A stretch of DNA of 64,000 nucleotides from a virus. Its lineage: Duplodnaviria; Heunggongvirae; Uroviricota; Caudoviricetes. Position 1 is the first letter of the stretch; each line of letters begins with the position of its first letter. The translations under genes and the position numbers were made by a program. Under the pieces are notes generated by a model. It ran no database searches, was not told the origin of the DNA, and saw only the letters and a list, made by a program, of their open reading frames with translations. Positions 19,066 to 28,725 of the stretch are shown here, piece after piece. The DNA lies in IMG/VR virus record IMGVR_UViG_3300048672_001143, positions 11,884-75,883 of that record; one strand, 5' to 3'.

Positions 19066-19206
19066 ATGAAAAATATAGATGTCGCGTATTTAGTTTTGTT
19101 AATAGTTCAATTGGTAGGCCTTGTCTTTGTCAGCTACGTTACTGGAGTTAAAGACGGAATAGAAACACCACATTCTAAAATAGTTCAATACATCTCGGAG
19201 CACTAA
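19066..19206 (+). CDS. small membrane protein (46 aa)
   Basis: Own ORF MKNIDVAYLVLLIVQLVGLVFVSY, 28 nt downstream of the promoter. Confidence 0.3.
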   Translation: MKNIDVAYLVLLIVQLVGLVFVSYVTGVKDGIETPHSKIVQYISEH

Positions 19207-19210
19207 CAAT

Positions 19211-19459
19211 ATGGCTAACCTAAAACTTTATTTATTAACCCCATCCAAAGGGACGTTTAGTTATGATGTTTATCACGGGGCCGTAGTAGCGGCTAGAAAC
19301 ACCCACGATGCTAGGCACATTCACCCAAACGGGATAGAACCGTGGGAACCGTCTTCTGATTGGGCTAAAAACCGCGAGGAGATAGATGTGACTTTACTTG
19401 GAACCGCTATTGCCGGAACTGAAAGAGGCGTAATACTCGCCGATTTCTTCGGCGGTTAA
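19211..19459 (+). CDS. hypothetical protein
   Basis: ORF track. Confidence 0.35.
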   Translation: MANLKLYLLTPSKGTFSYDVYHGAVVAARNTHDARHIHPNGIEPWEPSSDWAKNREEIDVTLLGTAIAGTERGVILADFFGG

Positions 19460-19734
19460 ACAACCCGTAACGCCATAAACTTTTATTCTGGAGAATAGAA
19501 AATGCCTTTATTACCGACCGCCTTTATCGCTTTCTTTGCCTTCAAAGTGTGGCAAGCGCTTTACCAAACACCAAAGTCGAACAATTTTCTGGTAAAATTG
19601 AACGAATTGTTTTACAAAATTCATAGGTAAGCTCATGTTAAAACGAATACCAGATTTCTTTAGAGCCGTCGTTTCAATTGCAACGCTGGCGTATTTAGTT
19701 TTAAAGCTGAAAGAATACAACGAGGTTAATAGGC

Positions 19735-20037
19735 ATGAGTAAACTATCCAGACTGGTAGAAGGGCTACACCAAGCTATCAGTAATGTAGGCCCGATACTT
19801 GTTTTTATTCTGTTAGTGGCGATAGCCTGTAAGATCGCGGACAGCGGTAACCCTTGTTCGCAGTTCAGCCCCCCAGAATCATGGAGCCAGTGCGGCAAGA
19901 CAACAATAGACGGATTTGAAAAAGATGTCGAAACAAGAAGAGAAGATAATTTTGGCCCTGTGCATAAGTATGTTCTTACTGATCAGCGCGACCGCTCGAC
20001 AATTCGGCCTGTTCGACTCAGCCGGTCCCGAACGTAG
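19735..20037 (+). CDS. hypothetical membrane protein
   Basis: ORF track; TM-like segment ILVFILLVAIACKIA. Confidence 0.3.
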   Translation: MSKLSRLVEGLHQAISNVGPILVFILLVAIACKIADSGNPCSQFSPPESWSQCGKTTIDGFEKDVETRREDNFGPVHKYVLTDQRDRSTIRPVRLSRSRT

Positions 20038-20149
20038 CTGTTCCATTCGTGAGCATTAATTTAATTATAAAAGCGCTAGCCGCTTTTTTAATAACTTGCT
20101 GGTTAGTATCGTTAATCTGTACACTGTCCCATATTCTGGAGAATACCCC

Positions 20150-20416
20150 ATGTTTTCAATATCTAAATTTTTAAGGAGATTTACTAAAATGCAAAACCAC
20201 CTAACCGAAGAGTTTTTTGAGCAGTTATTGCACAAGCACCACCATCGGGATTTTATCCGGGAAGCTATCAGGCGCTACATTAAAGAGAAGCACATCGGCC
20301 CTGAGCAGCTTTACTGCCTGCAGGATATCACCGCCGCCCTTACCGATGCCGAACTTATCAACGAGTTTGAGCGCCGTAATCTGGGCTGCTGTGATGACGA
20401 CGGGATGTACTGCTAA
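20150..20416 (+). CDS. hypothetical protein
   Basis: ATG at 20150 preceded by CTGGAGAATACCCC; inside track ORF 20096..20416. Confidence 0.35.
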   Translation: MFSISKFLRRFTKMQNHLTEEFFEQLLHKHHHRDFIREAIRRYIKEKHIGPEQLYCLQDITAALTDAELINEFERRNLGCCDDDGMYC

Positions 20417-20448
20417 ATTTTAAAACTAAGTAGACTGGAGACTACGCA

Positions 20449-21120
20449 ATGGCAAATAAAAAAACCACTGAAGAAGAGGTCAAAGAACAGTTTTTAAAAG
20501 ACGTTTCAGACCACAAACTGCAGATTTATCTAAGCCATGGTGTTTACAGGCACCTGCGCTTAGCAGATCCTAAGACAAATTGCTACAGCTTTCACTTAAT
20601 TACCGGCCCTGGCTTTTTATTGTACCGGGGAGATATGGGAACTTTTGAGTTCGAAAGAGTTCACGATATGCTTCAATTCTTTGAGCCAGATGATTGTGAA
20701 AAGTTAACCGTTAATCCGGGATACTGGGCCGAAAAAATTCAGGCTACGGATAAAGACGGAGGGCACCAAGAATTTGACAGGGAGTATTTTGAAGAAGTGG
20801 TACGAGAGGAAGGTGCTAGCTACCTCGATAACAAAGAAGCTACAGACGAAGTGTACGAAGATTTCGTAACACAAGTCGAAGGTGATATCCTGAGCAGGCT
20901 TTATGACGTGGATATAAGTGAAGCCATCCAAGCAGCGATGGATTTTAGGTACAAGGGCAAAAGACCATTCGCCGATATCTACGAATATAACTTCCACAGA
21001 CCAACCTACCATTATCTGTGGGCCTGTTACGCGATTGTCTGGGGTATACAGCAGTACCGAAAGTACCAGAACGACGGAGCGGCTGCGTATACGGAAGTTA
21101 TGAACGGGGGGAGAGTGTGA
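20449..21120 (+). CDS. hypothetical acidic protein
   Basis: ORF track; CTGGAGACTACGCA-ATG. Confidence 0.4.
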   Translation: MANKKTTEEEVKEQFLKDVSDHKLQIYLSHGVYRHLRLADPKTNCYSFHLITGPGFLLYRGDMGTFEFERVHDMLQFFEPDDCEKLTVNPGYWAEKIQATDKDGGHQEFDREYFEEVVREEGASYLDNKEATDEVYEDFVTQVEGDILSRLYDVDISEAIQAAMDFRYKGKRPFADIYEYNFHRPTYHYLWACYAIVWGIQQYRKYQNDGAAAYTEVMNGGRV

Positions 21121-21275
21121 TTAAATTCTTAGTCTTAATGAACGCGCTCATAGATTCTAGCCTACTGACGATCGCTTTTTTCGAGCATCCAAAGTCGGCA
21201 ACGCTTTGGATAATCTTTTTAACAGTAAAGCTGGTAATAGAAATATTAGCTTTGTTATTAGGAGAGTAAGCAATA

Positions 21276-21697
21276 TGAAAACGGATAGAGAACTACTTAA
21301 AGAATTGTTAACTTTCGTTACTGACAACAAGTATCACTTCTTTATGGACGAAGTAAAGGCTAGACTTGCAAGTCCAGAACCGGACCCGCCTACTTTGCGC
21401 AAGATGGCCAACTTCACCACTTGGTTGGCCTTTATTTGGAACGATCATAACTTCCGGCATACGAAACTTTACGCAGAAGAACTGTGCGAGTGTTTAGGCA
21501 TACGATCTTTTGCACATGCCAAAAGTTGGGCAAATAGAGAATGGATAGATTTTTTACCCCCGTTAAATAGGGAGCCAGTTGCTTGGCTTTACAGGCAGCA
21601 CTGTGACGTATCTAATATAACCCTGGAAGCAGTTACTAGGTATAGAGATTACGCCTTGCTGAAGGACCCCTATCCGATACCGCTTTATAAGAGATAA
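21276..21697 (+). CDS. hypothetical protein
   Basis: ATG at 21276 with TAGGAGAGTAAGCAAT upstream; inside track ORF 21206..21697. Confidence 0.4.
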
Positions 21698-21699
21698 AA

Positions 21700-21891
21700 A
21701 TGAGCAACACGATTAACTTTTACCTACCCTCCCCTCGCCACCATCTTAAAATGGTACATTTCGGACCAGAACGGGAAACGGAACTTTCATATACACGACT
21801 AGTTATTTTTAAAGACGGCGGGAGTGAAATTGAACGGGTTTTTAAACCTATCGAACCCATCGGCGAGGGAGATTCGCCTCGTAACAGATAA
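21700..21891 (+). CDS. hypothetical protein
   Basis: ORF track. Confidence 0.3.
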   Translation: MSNTINFYLPSPRHHLKMVHFGPERETELSYTRLVIFKDGGSEIERVFKPIEPIGEGDSPRNR

Positions 21892-21898
21892 GTATCAC

Positions 21899-21927
21899 TT
21901 GACACAACTAGTAAGTATCTGTATAAT
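21899..21927 (+). promoter_or_regulatory. sigma70-type promoter TTGACA-17-TATAAT
   Basis: Perfect hexamers, 17-nt spacer. Confidence 0.6.
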
Positions 21928-21954
21928 AGATGGCCTAAACAGGAGAACAGAAAA

Positions 21955-22197
21955 ATGAATTGGTTTAAAAAATGGCGAGAAGCCAAAAGGAAAAAAGAAG
22001 CAGCCCGCCAATTTGATGCGGGCTTTCTTTCGGCTTGCAAACAGGTATTACTGGAGGGACGGTCCCCTAGCGTAGACTTTGTGTTTATGTATAACGGGGA
22101 CGCTAGCTGGGACTATGAGGACGGGGTAAGAATGGCGATATCGAAGCTGGCTAAGCTTTTACACAACCAGCCGGGAACCACAGGGAAATTACAATGA
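21955..22197 (+). CDS. hypothetical protein
   Basis: ORF track; first gene after the promoter. Confidence 0.35.
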   Translation: MNWFKKWREAKRKKEAARQFDAGFLSACKQVLLEGRSPSVDFVFMYNGDASWDYEDGVRMAISKLAKLLHNQPGTTGKLQ

Positions 22198-22487
22198 GTG
22201 ACGAAGCGGATTTTTCGAGCGAACAGGAAATCGTAGACAATGCCAGGGCCCTAAAAGAGTGGCAACGGCAGAAACAAGGAGGGTTTATACGGCTGGAGTA
22301 CGGAGTAGTCTGGTCGACGAACCCGGAGGAAAGTAAAAACTGGATGCCGGTAGTTGATAAAGGTACCTTGAAAGTATGCTTCGACTGCGACGAAGAAATA
22401 CTGCCGCAGGCCAGAGCCGACATACCGCACGTAATACGGTGCCTGGATTGCCAACAAGACTTTGAGAGGCGGAGCAAATGTGAATGA
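22194..22487 (+). CDS. TraR/DksA-family C4 zinc-finger protein
   Basis: C-terminal CFDCDEEILPQARADIPHVIRCLDCQ matches the TraR/DksA C4 finger (CxxC-x17-CxxC). Confidence 0.55.
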   Translation: MSDEADFSSEQEIVDNARALKEWQRQKQGGFIRLEYGVVWSTNPEESKNWMPVVDKGTLKVCFDCDEEILPQARADIPHVIRCLDCQQDFERRSKCE

Positions 22488-22872
22488 TTCAAAGCTTACC
22501 GATATAGACCTCGCGGAAGCGGGGAGTCAAATCACCGAGTCAAAACGTGCGATAGAAGAATTAGGCTGTGTTCACGTAGATAAAATATATGACGAGTCCG
22601 TATACAAGTTTAAAATCGTACCGCAAGAACCGACTCCCGCAATCAAAAAACGGGATGTCGCTATTTACCGGCGCGGAGGTAAGACTGTACAATTAGCCGC
22701 GTTACTAGCTGCCAGTTTAGGAAGTTCAGGCGCTGCGGCATTCAACCAATTATTCGATGGGGTGGTGGACACCGAATTCCCTAAGTACAAAGAGAAAACC
22801 TTGGAAGACATTGCCCGATTAGCGAAGGCAGAACAGAAAAGAGCCAGAAAAATGGCGCGGAGAAAATCATGA
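22462..22872 (+). CDS. hypothetical protein
   Basis: ORF track; real start may be the GTG at ~22480. Confidence 0.35.
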   Translation: MRGGANVNDSKLTDIDLAEAGSQITESKRAIEELGCVHVDKIYDESVYKFKIVPQEPTPAIKKRDVAIYRRGGKTVQLAALLAASLGSSGAAAFNQLFDGVVDTEFPKYKEKTLEDIARLAKAEQKRARKMARRKS

Positions 22873-23111
22873 AATCATCGGTAATCGAATTACGGAAAGA
22901 AAAAAGCGAAGCCTTACGCAGTGAAGCTTTTAACCGCTACATAGACGAAGTCGAAGGCGAGATAGATCGAGTTCATAAGCTGTATACCGGTTTCACATGG
23001 CGAGTGTTTACCGTAATGTCGGTGTTATTAAGTATTAGTATAGGGGCTAATTTATATCTTGGGTATAAGGTTCATGAGAGCAGCAAGCCGGCCTGGAGCA
23101 ACAAGAAATGA
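22869..23111 (+). CDS. hypothetical membrane protein
   Basis: ORF track; TM segment VFTVMSVLLSISIGANLYLG. Confidence 0.35.
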   Translation: MKSSVIELRKEKSEALRSEAFNRYIDEVEGEIDRVHKLYTGFTWRVFTVMSVLLSISIGANLYLGYKVHESSKPAWSNKK

Positions 23112-23238
23112 GCGAATACGCGATCTTGGGTGTTATAGTGCTGGGCCTTATTTCGTTGGGCTCATAGTGGCTATGTTCCAGGAAGGGCTCTGCGGTAAAC
23201 CCCAAAATGCAAATGAACCACCTTGTCAAGATATAGAA

Positions 23239-23472
23239 ATGAGCGAATACGCAGAAAGGGACCCCGTAGCAGAAGAGCTTGCTAGACGGGCTAGGGAGAT
23301 AGACCGCTTAACACAACAATTAAAGACGGTACCCATTGTTGAAAGATCTGCTTACCGCCAAGAAGAACTCGATGCCATTCGGGAAGACGGCCGAAAGCAG
23401 GGATATCAGGAAGCTCTTAACGACATGAAAAAGCAACTAGAAGCTTTACAGGAAAAGAGGAGAAATACATGA
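23239..23472 (+). CDS. hypothetical coiled-coil protein
   Basis: Start MSEYAERDP inside track ORF 23059..23472; the same MSEYA start sequence is duplicated 130 nt upstream. Confidence 0.35.
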   Translation: MSEYAERDPVAEELARRAREIDRLTQQLKTVPIVERSAYRQEELDAIREDGRKQGYQEALNDMKKQLEALQEKRRNT

Positions 23473-23690
23473 ACTGGAAACCTTTAGAAACAGCTCCTAC
23501 GGATACCCTTATAGCGGTCTCTGGGCACATCTTCGGGGATAAGAAATGTAGTAGGTTTTATATTTTTGCGAAGAAACGAAAGATGCCCGATAGTACCGGA
23601 ATTTACCACTTCTACGACACTTTAACAGGAGACTATCTGGACGCGGAACAACTAACCCACTTTATGTTAATAGACGAGGTGCCAGAATGA
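23469..23690 (+). CDS. hypothetical protein
   Basis: ORF track. Confidence 0.3.
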   Translation: MNWKPLETAPTDTLIAVSGHIFGDKKCSRFYIFAKKRKMPDSTGIYHFYDTLTGDYLDAEQLTHFMLIDEVPE

Positions 23691-23905
23691 AGCACCGAGT
23701 CGATTTAAGCAAAGAGTACACCACTAAAAGCGGGCTACAGGTTCGGCTTACTGGCATAGACCACACTCTTTTTTACCCCGTACAAGGGGAAGTTTTAGAG
23801 GGTGGATCCTGGCAGCGGGAATACTGGGGGGTATTTGGAAATTACTTCGGGGATAGCTCCCAGGGATTAGATTCTCTCGACTTAGTCGAGGTTAAATATG
23901 ACTGA
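23687..23905 (+). CDS. hypothetical protein
   Basis: ORF track. Confidence 0.3.
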   Translation: MKHRVDLSKEYTTKSGLQVRLTGIDHTLFYPVQGEVLEGGSWQREYWGVFGNYFGDSSQGLDSLDLVEVKYD

Positions 23906-24239
23906 TACGACAGGGTTAACCGTAGCGAAAGTACGGGAGCAGTTGTCTGTGTTACGGACCGAAAAAGTACGGCATAGCAGAGAAATCAGTAGACTAGACG
24001 CGGAGATAGAGGCGCTTCAAGCTGAATTTAATGCGATGACCAACGACTTAGCGGAAAGAGTTTCAGACCACGCGGTGATGAGATACTTTGAAAGAAAACT
24101 CGACATAAACATCGATGAGTTAAAAGTATCACTGATAAAAGAGCACATACATAAAGCCAAGACAAACATGAAATTTCAGGTAAAAACTATACACGGGACG
24201 TTAGTGTTTAAAAACGGGTTCTTAGTAACAATAATATAG
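23898..24239 (+). CDS. hypothetical coiled-coil protein
   Basis: ORF track. Confidence 0.35.
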   Translation: MTDTTGLTVAKVREQLSVLRTEKVRHSREISRLDAEIEALQAEFNAMTNDLAERVSDHAVMRYFERKLDINIDELKVSLIKEHIHKAKTNMKFQVKTIHGTLVFKNGFLVTII

Positions 24240-24254
24240 ATTCGGGTGTGAAAA

Positions 24255-24458
24255 ATGGCGGATATACTTACTGGTACCCCGGAAGGGGAGTTGCAACCTT
24301 TTATGGCCATGGCGCAAGGAGAGGTAGATTACGCTGTAAAAGTAATCCCTATGAAGTCCGAGCAGTACGGCGATCTTATGGTTGTAATGGCTACTGAAGA
24401 AGCGGTATACGTAACGAAAGATCAAGCCAAACGGTTTTTTAACTTAGTGGAGAAATAA
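24255..24458 (+). CDS. hypothetical protein
   Basis: ORF track. Confidence 0.3.
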   Translation: MADILTGTPEGELQPFMAMAQGEVDYAVKVIPMKSEQYGDLMVVMATEEAVYVTKDQAKRFFNLVEK

Positions 24459-24461
24459 CAA

Positions 24462-24848
24462 ATGAGTATTTTTAAAGACCAAGCCGATTTCATGGCGGCG
24501 GGTAAGCAAACTGTAAAACCTGGATGCAGACCACAAATTAAGCTATACGAAAATTTAGTTGGGGAGGAATCGGGTGAATTTTTACTAGCGACTAACGAAG
24601 TCGAAAGGATAAAAGAGTGCGTCGACACAATGGTCACTTGCGCGGGGTACTTAATCAGTACCCTAGGGGTAGAAGGCGCCCAAAAAGCTTGGAACTTAGT
24701 GCACGAAGGGAACTTGTCAAAAGTATCTGGTATCGTAGAGCACCGGGAGGATGGAAAGGTTTTAAAAAGTGCTAAATATAAAAAGTTATCAAGACTTAGG
24801 ATCCTGGCAGGGCTAGAAGCGTTGTTAATCGAAGCGGGAAAGCAATGA
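24462..24848 (+). CDS. MazG-like nucleotide pyrophosphohydrolase (putative)
   Basis: LVGEESGEFLLATNEVE resembles the EExxE/D metal-binding helix of MazG-family all-alpha NTP-PPases; size is typical. Confidence 0.4.
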   Translation: MSIFKDQADFMAAGKQTVKPGCRPQIKLYENLVGEESGEFLLATNEVERIKECVDTMVTCAGYLISTLGVEGAQKAWNLVHEGNLSKVSGIVEHREDGKVLKSAKYKKLSRLRILAGLEALLIEAGKQ

Positions 24849-25027
24849 AAATTCCTGGTATAACAGCGGAAAAATTACGAAAAGTAGCACAAGAGCGCTG
24901 CATGGGGATTACCGACGCCAAAAGATACCTGATGAATGAGTATTGCGAAAGCGTACTTAGCCGGGAAAAGAATGTTTCCGAGGAGTTAAAATTTGTTATA
25001 CGAGTGCTTTTGCACAGAGGAGATTAG
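24845..25027 (+). CDS. hypothetical protein
   Basis: ORF track. Confidence 0.3.
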   Translation: MKIPGITAEKLRKVAQERCMGITDAKRYLMNEYCESVLSREKNVSEELKFVIRVLLHRGD

Positions 25028-25028
25028 T

Positions 25029-25349
25029 ATGACCGCTAACATGAGCATAAGTCTAGAAGATCAAGCGCGGGCTGTATTAGCACGAGCTGGAGTTCGGTAT
25101 TCTGAAGAGTATTCAGCGGGCGCTTTAGCAGAGATAGTCGCATTACTGAAATCTGAAGGCCAACAATTAGACCCGAGGATCAATGAGCTGGCTAAAAGTA
25201 ATAATGCAGTCTACGGCAGCCTACATGTTTTACTATCACAGGGGGCAACGACTCTAGAGATGACCGTACAGGTAGCTTTAATTTTAAATGCGCAGTGTGA
25301 AGCATACCGTAAACTCTGTATGGATATGGCCGCTGGGATACCGAAGTAA
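25029..25349 (+). CDS. hypothetical protein
   Basis: ATG at 25029 inside track ORF 24993..25349. Confidence 0.35.
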   Translation: MTANMSISLEDQARAVLARAGVRYSEEYSAGALAEIVALLKSEGQQLDPRINELAKSNNAVYGSLHVLLSQGATTLEMTVQVALILNAQCEAYRKLCMDMAAGIPK

Positions 25350-25367
25350 AGTATCCCACACACCGAT

Positions 25368-25402
25368 AAAAGCGCTTCAGCCTCCCGCTAAGCGCTTTTT
25401 TA
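25368..25402 (+). terminator. rho-independent terminator hairpin (AAAGCGCTT...AAGCGCTTTTTT), partly bidirectional
   Basis: GC-rich stem followed by T6 on the plus strand; overlaps the 3' end of the convergent minus-strand gene. Confidence 0.55.
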
Positions 25403-25592
25403 ATGCCTTCAGATCCCGTCGTTTGCAGTTACGAGCGTGAATAATTCGTGTCAGCCAATTCTGGCGAGCAGGAGTTAAAGCCTTTACCTTTTTATCTTCC
25501 AAAGTATCATCTATCCTGGCACACATATCCAGAATAATCTCTTCCAGTTCTTTGATTTCATCTACTAGATTTAAACGATCTTCAGAATTCAT
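25377..25592 (-). CDS. hypothetical protein
   Basis: ORF track; overlaps primase-helicase stop/start by 4 nt. Confidence 0.35.
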   Translation of the reverse strand: MNSEDRLNLVDEIKELEEIILDMCARIDDTLEDKKVKALTPARQNWLTRIIHARNCKRRDLKALKKRLAGG

Positions 25593-28177
25593 ATCAAGCC
25601 CTCCCTGGCATCGTACTCGCCCAATCGGTTTAGCACCGTTTGTTTAGCCTCTTCAAGGGACATAACGGTATCCGCAGAACGTTTGGCCCACAGGCAATGC
25701 CGGTCACCTTGTATACGAACGCGGTCTAGCTTGACGTATCCCAAAGAGAGCAAAGCACTGGTTAGGCGATAAGTATTTTTAGCTTCGAGAGTTCTATTTG
25801 ACTGCGCCACGATGCGATCCCATAGCGGCGTGAAAGAAACTACGTCACCCATAAATAACGGGTTTTTATCGTCCTCTATTATCTCTGAGACAACTTCTGC
25901 CAGTTCGTCTTTGCAAACCTTAATGATATTCTTTTTAGCGTCCGTAGTAGGAGCATGGCCATTTGGGTTGAAATCCGGATGCTTAGGGATATCCAACACC
26001 CAACGCAGCATGTCGCCGCACTGATCCGAAACAATAGCCTCGTGCAGGATGTCAAAGTAATCCGGCTCTTCTAAGTGAATTCGTTTCAATGGGAAAGAAG
26101 ATTTTAAGACAAAATACCGGCGGTCTTTATCGCCTAGGGGTATGGCGTCTTCAAAGTTAGTTGTGAGAATATAGTTTGCCGTATTAGCGACAGTTCGGGT
26201 TTCTTTGCCTTTTTCATGACATTCAATCACATCATTCGTCAGAACATCTTTGATAGAGTTAGTGATCTCATGCCGATTGTGGCCGTGCCACTTAATTTCC
26301 TCGATGAAACCCAGGCAATGCCCCTCTACCCATCCGCTGAAAGAAGTTTTCGCGCTGTTTGCGATCGTAGAGCCTTTTATGGCTTTAGTGTTACTCGGAC
26401 CCAGTGCACGCATCAGCAGCTTAAAGAATAAGCTTTTTCCGTCCCCTTCATCACCGAGTAAGAGTAAAGCCCAGCGGATCTTGATTGGTGGTCGACCAAC
26501 ACAGGAAGCTAAAAAATTACAAAGCAGCTGCGCTTCTCGATTCCAGCCACCACAGACTAACTCGATGTGGCGACGCAAAATATTAGCTGCCTTTTCTCCG
26601 GCAGGAGTTTCAATAGCTTCAGGTATAGGGCAACGGAATCTATCGGTGTACGTATTAACGCACGTAACACCACGATCGACAAAAAACATATCGCAAGCGG
26701 GCATATATTTCTTGGCCATGACTTTTTGTACAAAATAGCTATCACGTACAAAATCAGCGGAAGATGTCGGGCTGCCTTCTCCCCGTGGTAAACGAGAATC
26801 GAAATACCCGTTAAACCCGCGAGTTGTAAGTTTTACGCCAGTAATAACGTTGAAAAATATTTCTTCTGATGAAACCCAAACCCAATTCCTAGCCCAGTCC
26901 GGGGCATTACCGTTGACGAATTCTGGAGCATCTGGAACTTCAGTATGGTCCCGAGTATCTTGGCGAACCCGCATTGCTCGTCTGGCATTGGCTACAGATA
27001 AAACATGCCCTTCGCGCAATGCGGCGTAGCGTGTTCTGAGGCCTTCCAAAAAATCTTGTTCTAACGATACGTTCTCGTTAGCTAATCGCCATAAACGGGG
27101 GGCGACGTCCCGTATTAATACTAAATGGTCCGTACAGCTTTCCAAGAGAGCGCCTGCTTGCTCAATAGCCTCGGCATCACGAGTTTTTTTTACTTCGACT
27201 TGTAAAGCTTTGTGCTCTTTGATCAGTGTTCTAAAGGTGACTTCCGGTCCAGAGGTTCGTTTACCAAAACTTGCCCAAGACTTTGATACATCCTCGAATC
27301 CTTGGTATTCCCGGACGTTTTGGGACCATTTATCGAACATCAGTAAGGCTTCATAGCTGCCTTGAAACTGGTGGTGTAGAATCATGCCTATATCACGCCA
27401 CTGCGCGTAGGACTGATTTCCTGGTTCGGGTAGGTACTGTTCAGCGTTATCGAGGGTAATATCCGGTAGCGGCGCGTATTTAGTATCCTCTTCAGATAAT
27501 GGGATATAATCGCCTTCTATCGTTTCTTGCGCAGCAGGTGGGGGTAGAACCGCCTGTTTGACTAGTACGGGGAATTTTTCTGTGGGAAAAATTTCGGACA
27601 ACTGCTCAGCAGTGTACGGTTCTGCACCAGATTCGTGGATGAGCTTTACTAAAAAAGGAGCTCCTTTACAATGATAAAAACCCGGCACGCGTAAAACGCG
27701 AGCCAGATCTTTTGCGTTAGGGTCAGATCCAAAATGATCTACTAAAACTTGCTGTAAACGTTGATGCTCTTCGTTTGAAATACCAGATACCAAGATAATC
27801 TTGTGAAACTTTCCGGGACTGGTTTCGGTAATTATGTGAGGCTCTACGGGCAATTGTATGCCCAAACCCTCGTCATCTTCAACCCAAATAGCACGAGCCC
27901 GAACGATATTTTTGAGTGTAGCGCCTTGCATATCGGTTTCGTTAATCGTCACGAAAACCCCGGCACGTTTTTTATTTTTCTCCCAGAGCGCCGCTGAAAG
28001 CTGATCGAAAGTCCCGTGTCTAGTCATAGCTAAATCACGGTCTTTTCTGGTCTTTATGTCATCAAATGTTCTGAAAGAAAAGCCATCAGAGGTACCATCT
28101 AACAGGGACCGGTATTCTGCGGAAGGGTCTAATATCTGTAAAAATCTAGCTGCTTGTAAAAAATCAGGTTGAGCCAT
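25589..28177 (-). CDS. primase-polymerase (prim-pol) fused to SF3 (D5/P4-alpha-like) helicase
   Basis: N-terminal VFVTINETD ... ARAIWVEDDEG prim-pol motifs; C-terminal Walker A GDEGDGKSLF and Walker B-like RYFVL, typical of the SF3 helicase layout. Confidence 0.7.
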   Translation of the reverse strand: MAQPDFLQAARFLQILDPSAEYRSLLDGTSDGFSFRTFDDIKTRKDRDLAMTRHGTFDQLSAALWEKNKKRAGVFVTINETDMQGATLKNIVRARAIWVEDDEGLGIQLPVEPHIITETSPGKFHKIILVSGISNEEHQRLQQVLVDHFGSDPNAKDLARVLRVPGFYHCKGAPFLVKLIHESGAEPYTAEQLSEIFPTEKFPVLVKQAVLPPPAAQETIEGDYIPLSEEDTKYAPLPDITLDNAEQYLPEPGNQSYAQWRDIGMILHHQFQGSYEALLMFDKWSQNVREYQGFEDVSKSWASFGKRTSGPEVTFRTLIKEHKALQVEVKKTRDAEAIEQAGALLESCTDHLVLIRDVAPRLWRLANENVSLEQDFLEGLRTRYAALREGHVLSVANARRAMRVRQDTRDHTEVPDAPEFVNGNAPDWARNWVWVSSEEIFFNVITGVKLTTRGFNGYFDSRLPRGEGSPTSSADFVRDSYFVQKVMAKKYMPACDMFFVDRGVTCVNTYTDRFRCPIPEAIETPAGEKAANILRRHIELVCGGWNREAQLLCNFLASCVGRPPIKIRWALLLLGDEGDGKSLFFKLLMRALGPSNTKAIKGSTIANSAKTSFSGWVEGHCLGFIEEIKWHGHNRHEITNSIKDVLTNDVIECHEKGKETRTVANTANYILTTNFEDAIPLGDKDRRYFVLKSSFPLKRIHLEEPDYFDILHEAIVSDQCGDMLRWVLDIPKHPDFNPNGHAPTTDAKKNIIKVCKDELAEVVSEIIEDDKNPLFMGDVVSFTPLWDRIVAQSNRTLEAKNTYRLTSALLSLGYVKLDRVRIQGDRHCLWAKRSADTVMSLEEAKQTVLNRLGEYDAREGLI

Positions 28178-28259
28178 ATAGACAAGTTCTTCGTATTGTG
28201 TGACAAAAAACCCCGCGGATAGCGAGGTGGCCTCCCCATTACGGGGTGTAAAGTACTGC

Positions 28260-28553
28260 CTAAATCGTAGTTATATCGGTATAAAACGGACATTTGCGGC
28301 AAGCTTCGCAGAGATCGCCCCTCAATAAAGGTTCCGGTGCTTCTGGATATTGCTGCTTTATTTCGGCCATAGCTACTTCCAAGGCCCCTGCTTTATCGGC
28401 AGATATACCTCGACGACCAGCTACCCATTGGCGATACATAGCCTCAGAGGTTCCAGCTGTTTTACTAAGCAGCTGCTTCAGAGCAGGAGTCGCTTCTTTC
28501 AGCCAACCTTGCAGCTTAGTAACTGGAGTGTATTTATTTTTCACAGATTGCAT
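28260..28553 (-). CDS. small regulatory-like protein (C-terminal CEACRKC)
   Basis: Track ORF 28260..28640; its GTG start overlaps the -35 of the divergent promoter, so the internal ATG (MQSVKNKY) at 28553 is preferred. Confidence 0.35.
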   Translation of the reverse strand: MQSVKNKYTPVTKLQGWLKEATPALKQLLSKTAGTSEAMYRQWVAGRRGISADKAGALEVAMAEIKQQYPEAPEPLLRGDLCEACRKCPFYTDITTI

Positions 28554-28633
28554 ATCGAAAAGTATCAAGTTAAAGTAGTGGTGCAGCAAATGATAACACG
28601 TCTGTAAAACTGCTGCAAGTAGAAATTTAGCAC

Positions 28634-28662
28634 TTGACACAATAAAAACAAACCTGTAGAAT
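28634..28662 (+). promoter_or_regulatory. sigma70-type promoter TTGACA-17-TAGAAT
   Basis: Read directly; preceded by the conserved GCAC. Confidence 0.55.
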
Positions 28663-28725
28663 ATCTCACATCGAGTCGGGTAACTGATCTCGGTTTTTTA
28701 ATCTTTAAATCCTGGAGAATAATAA

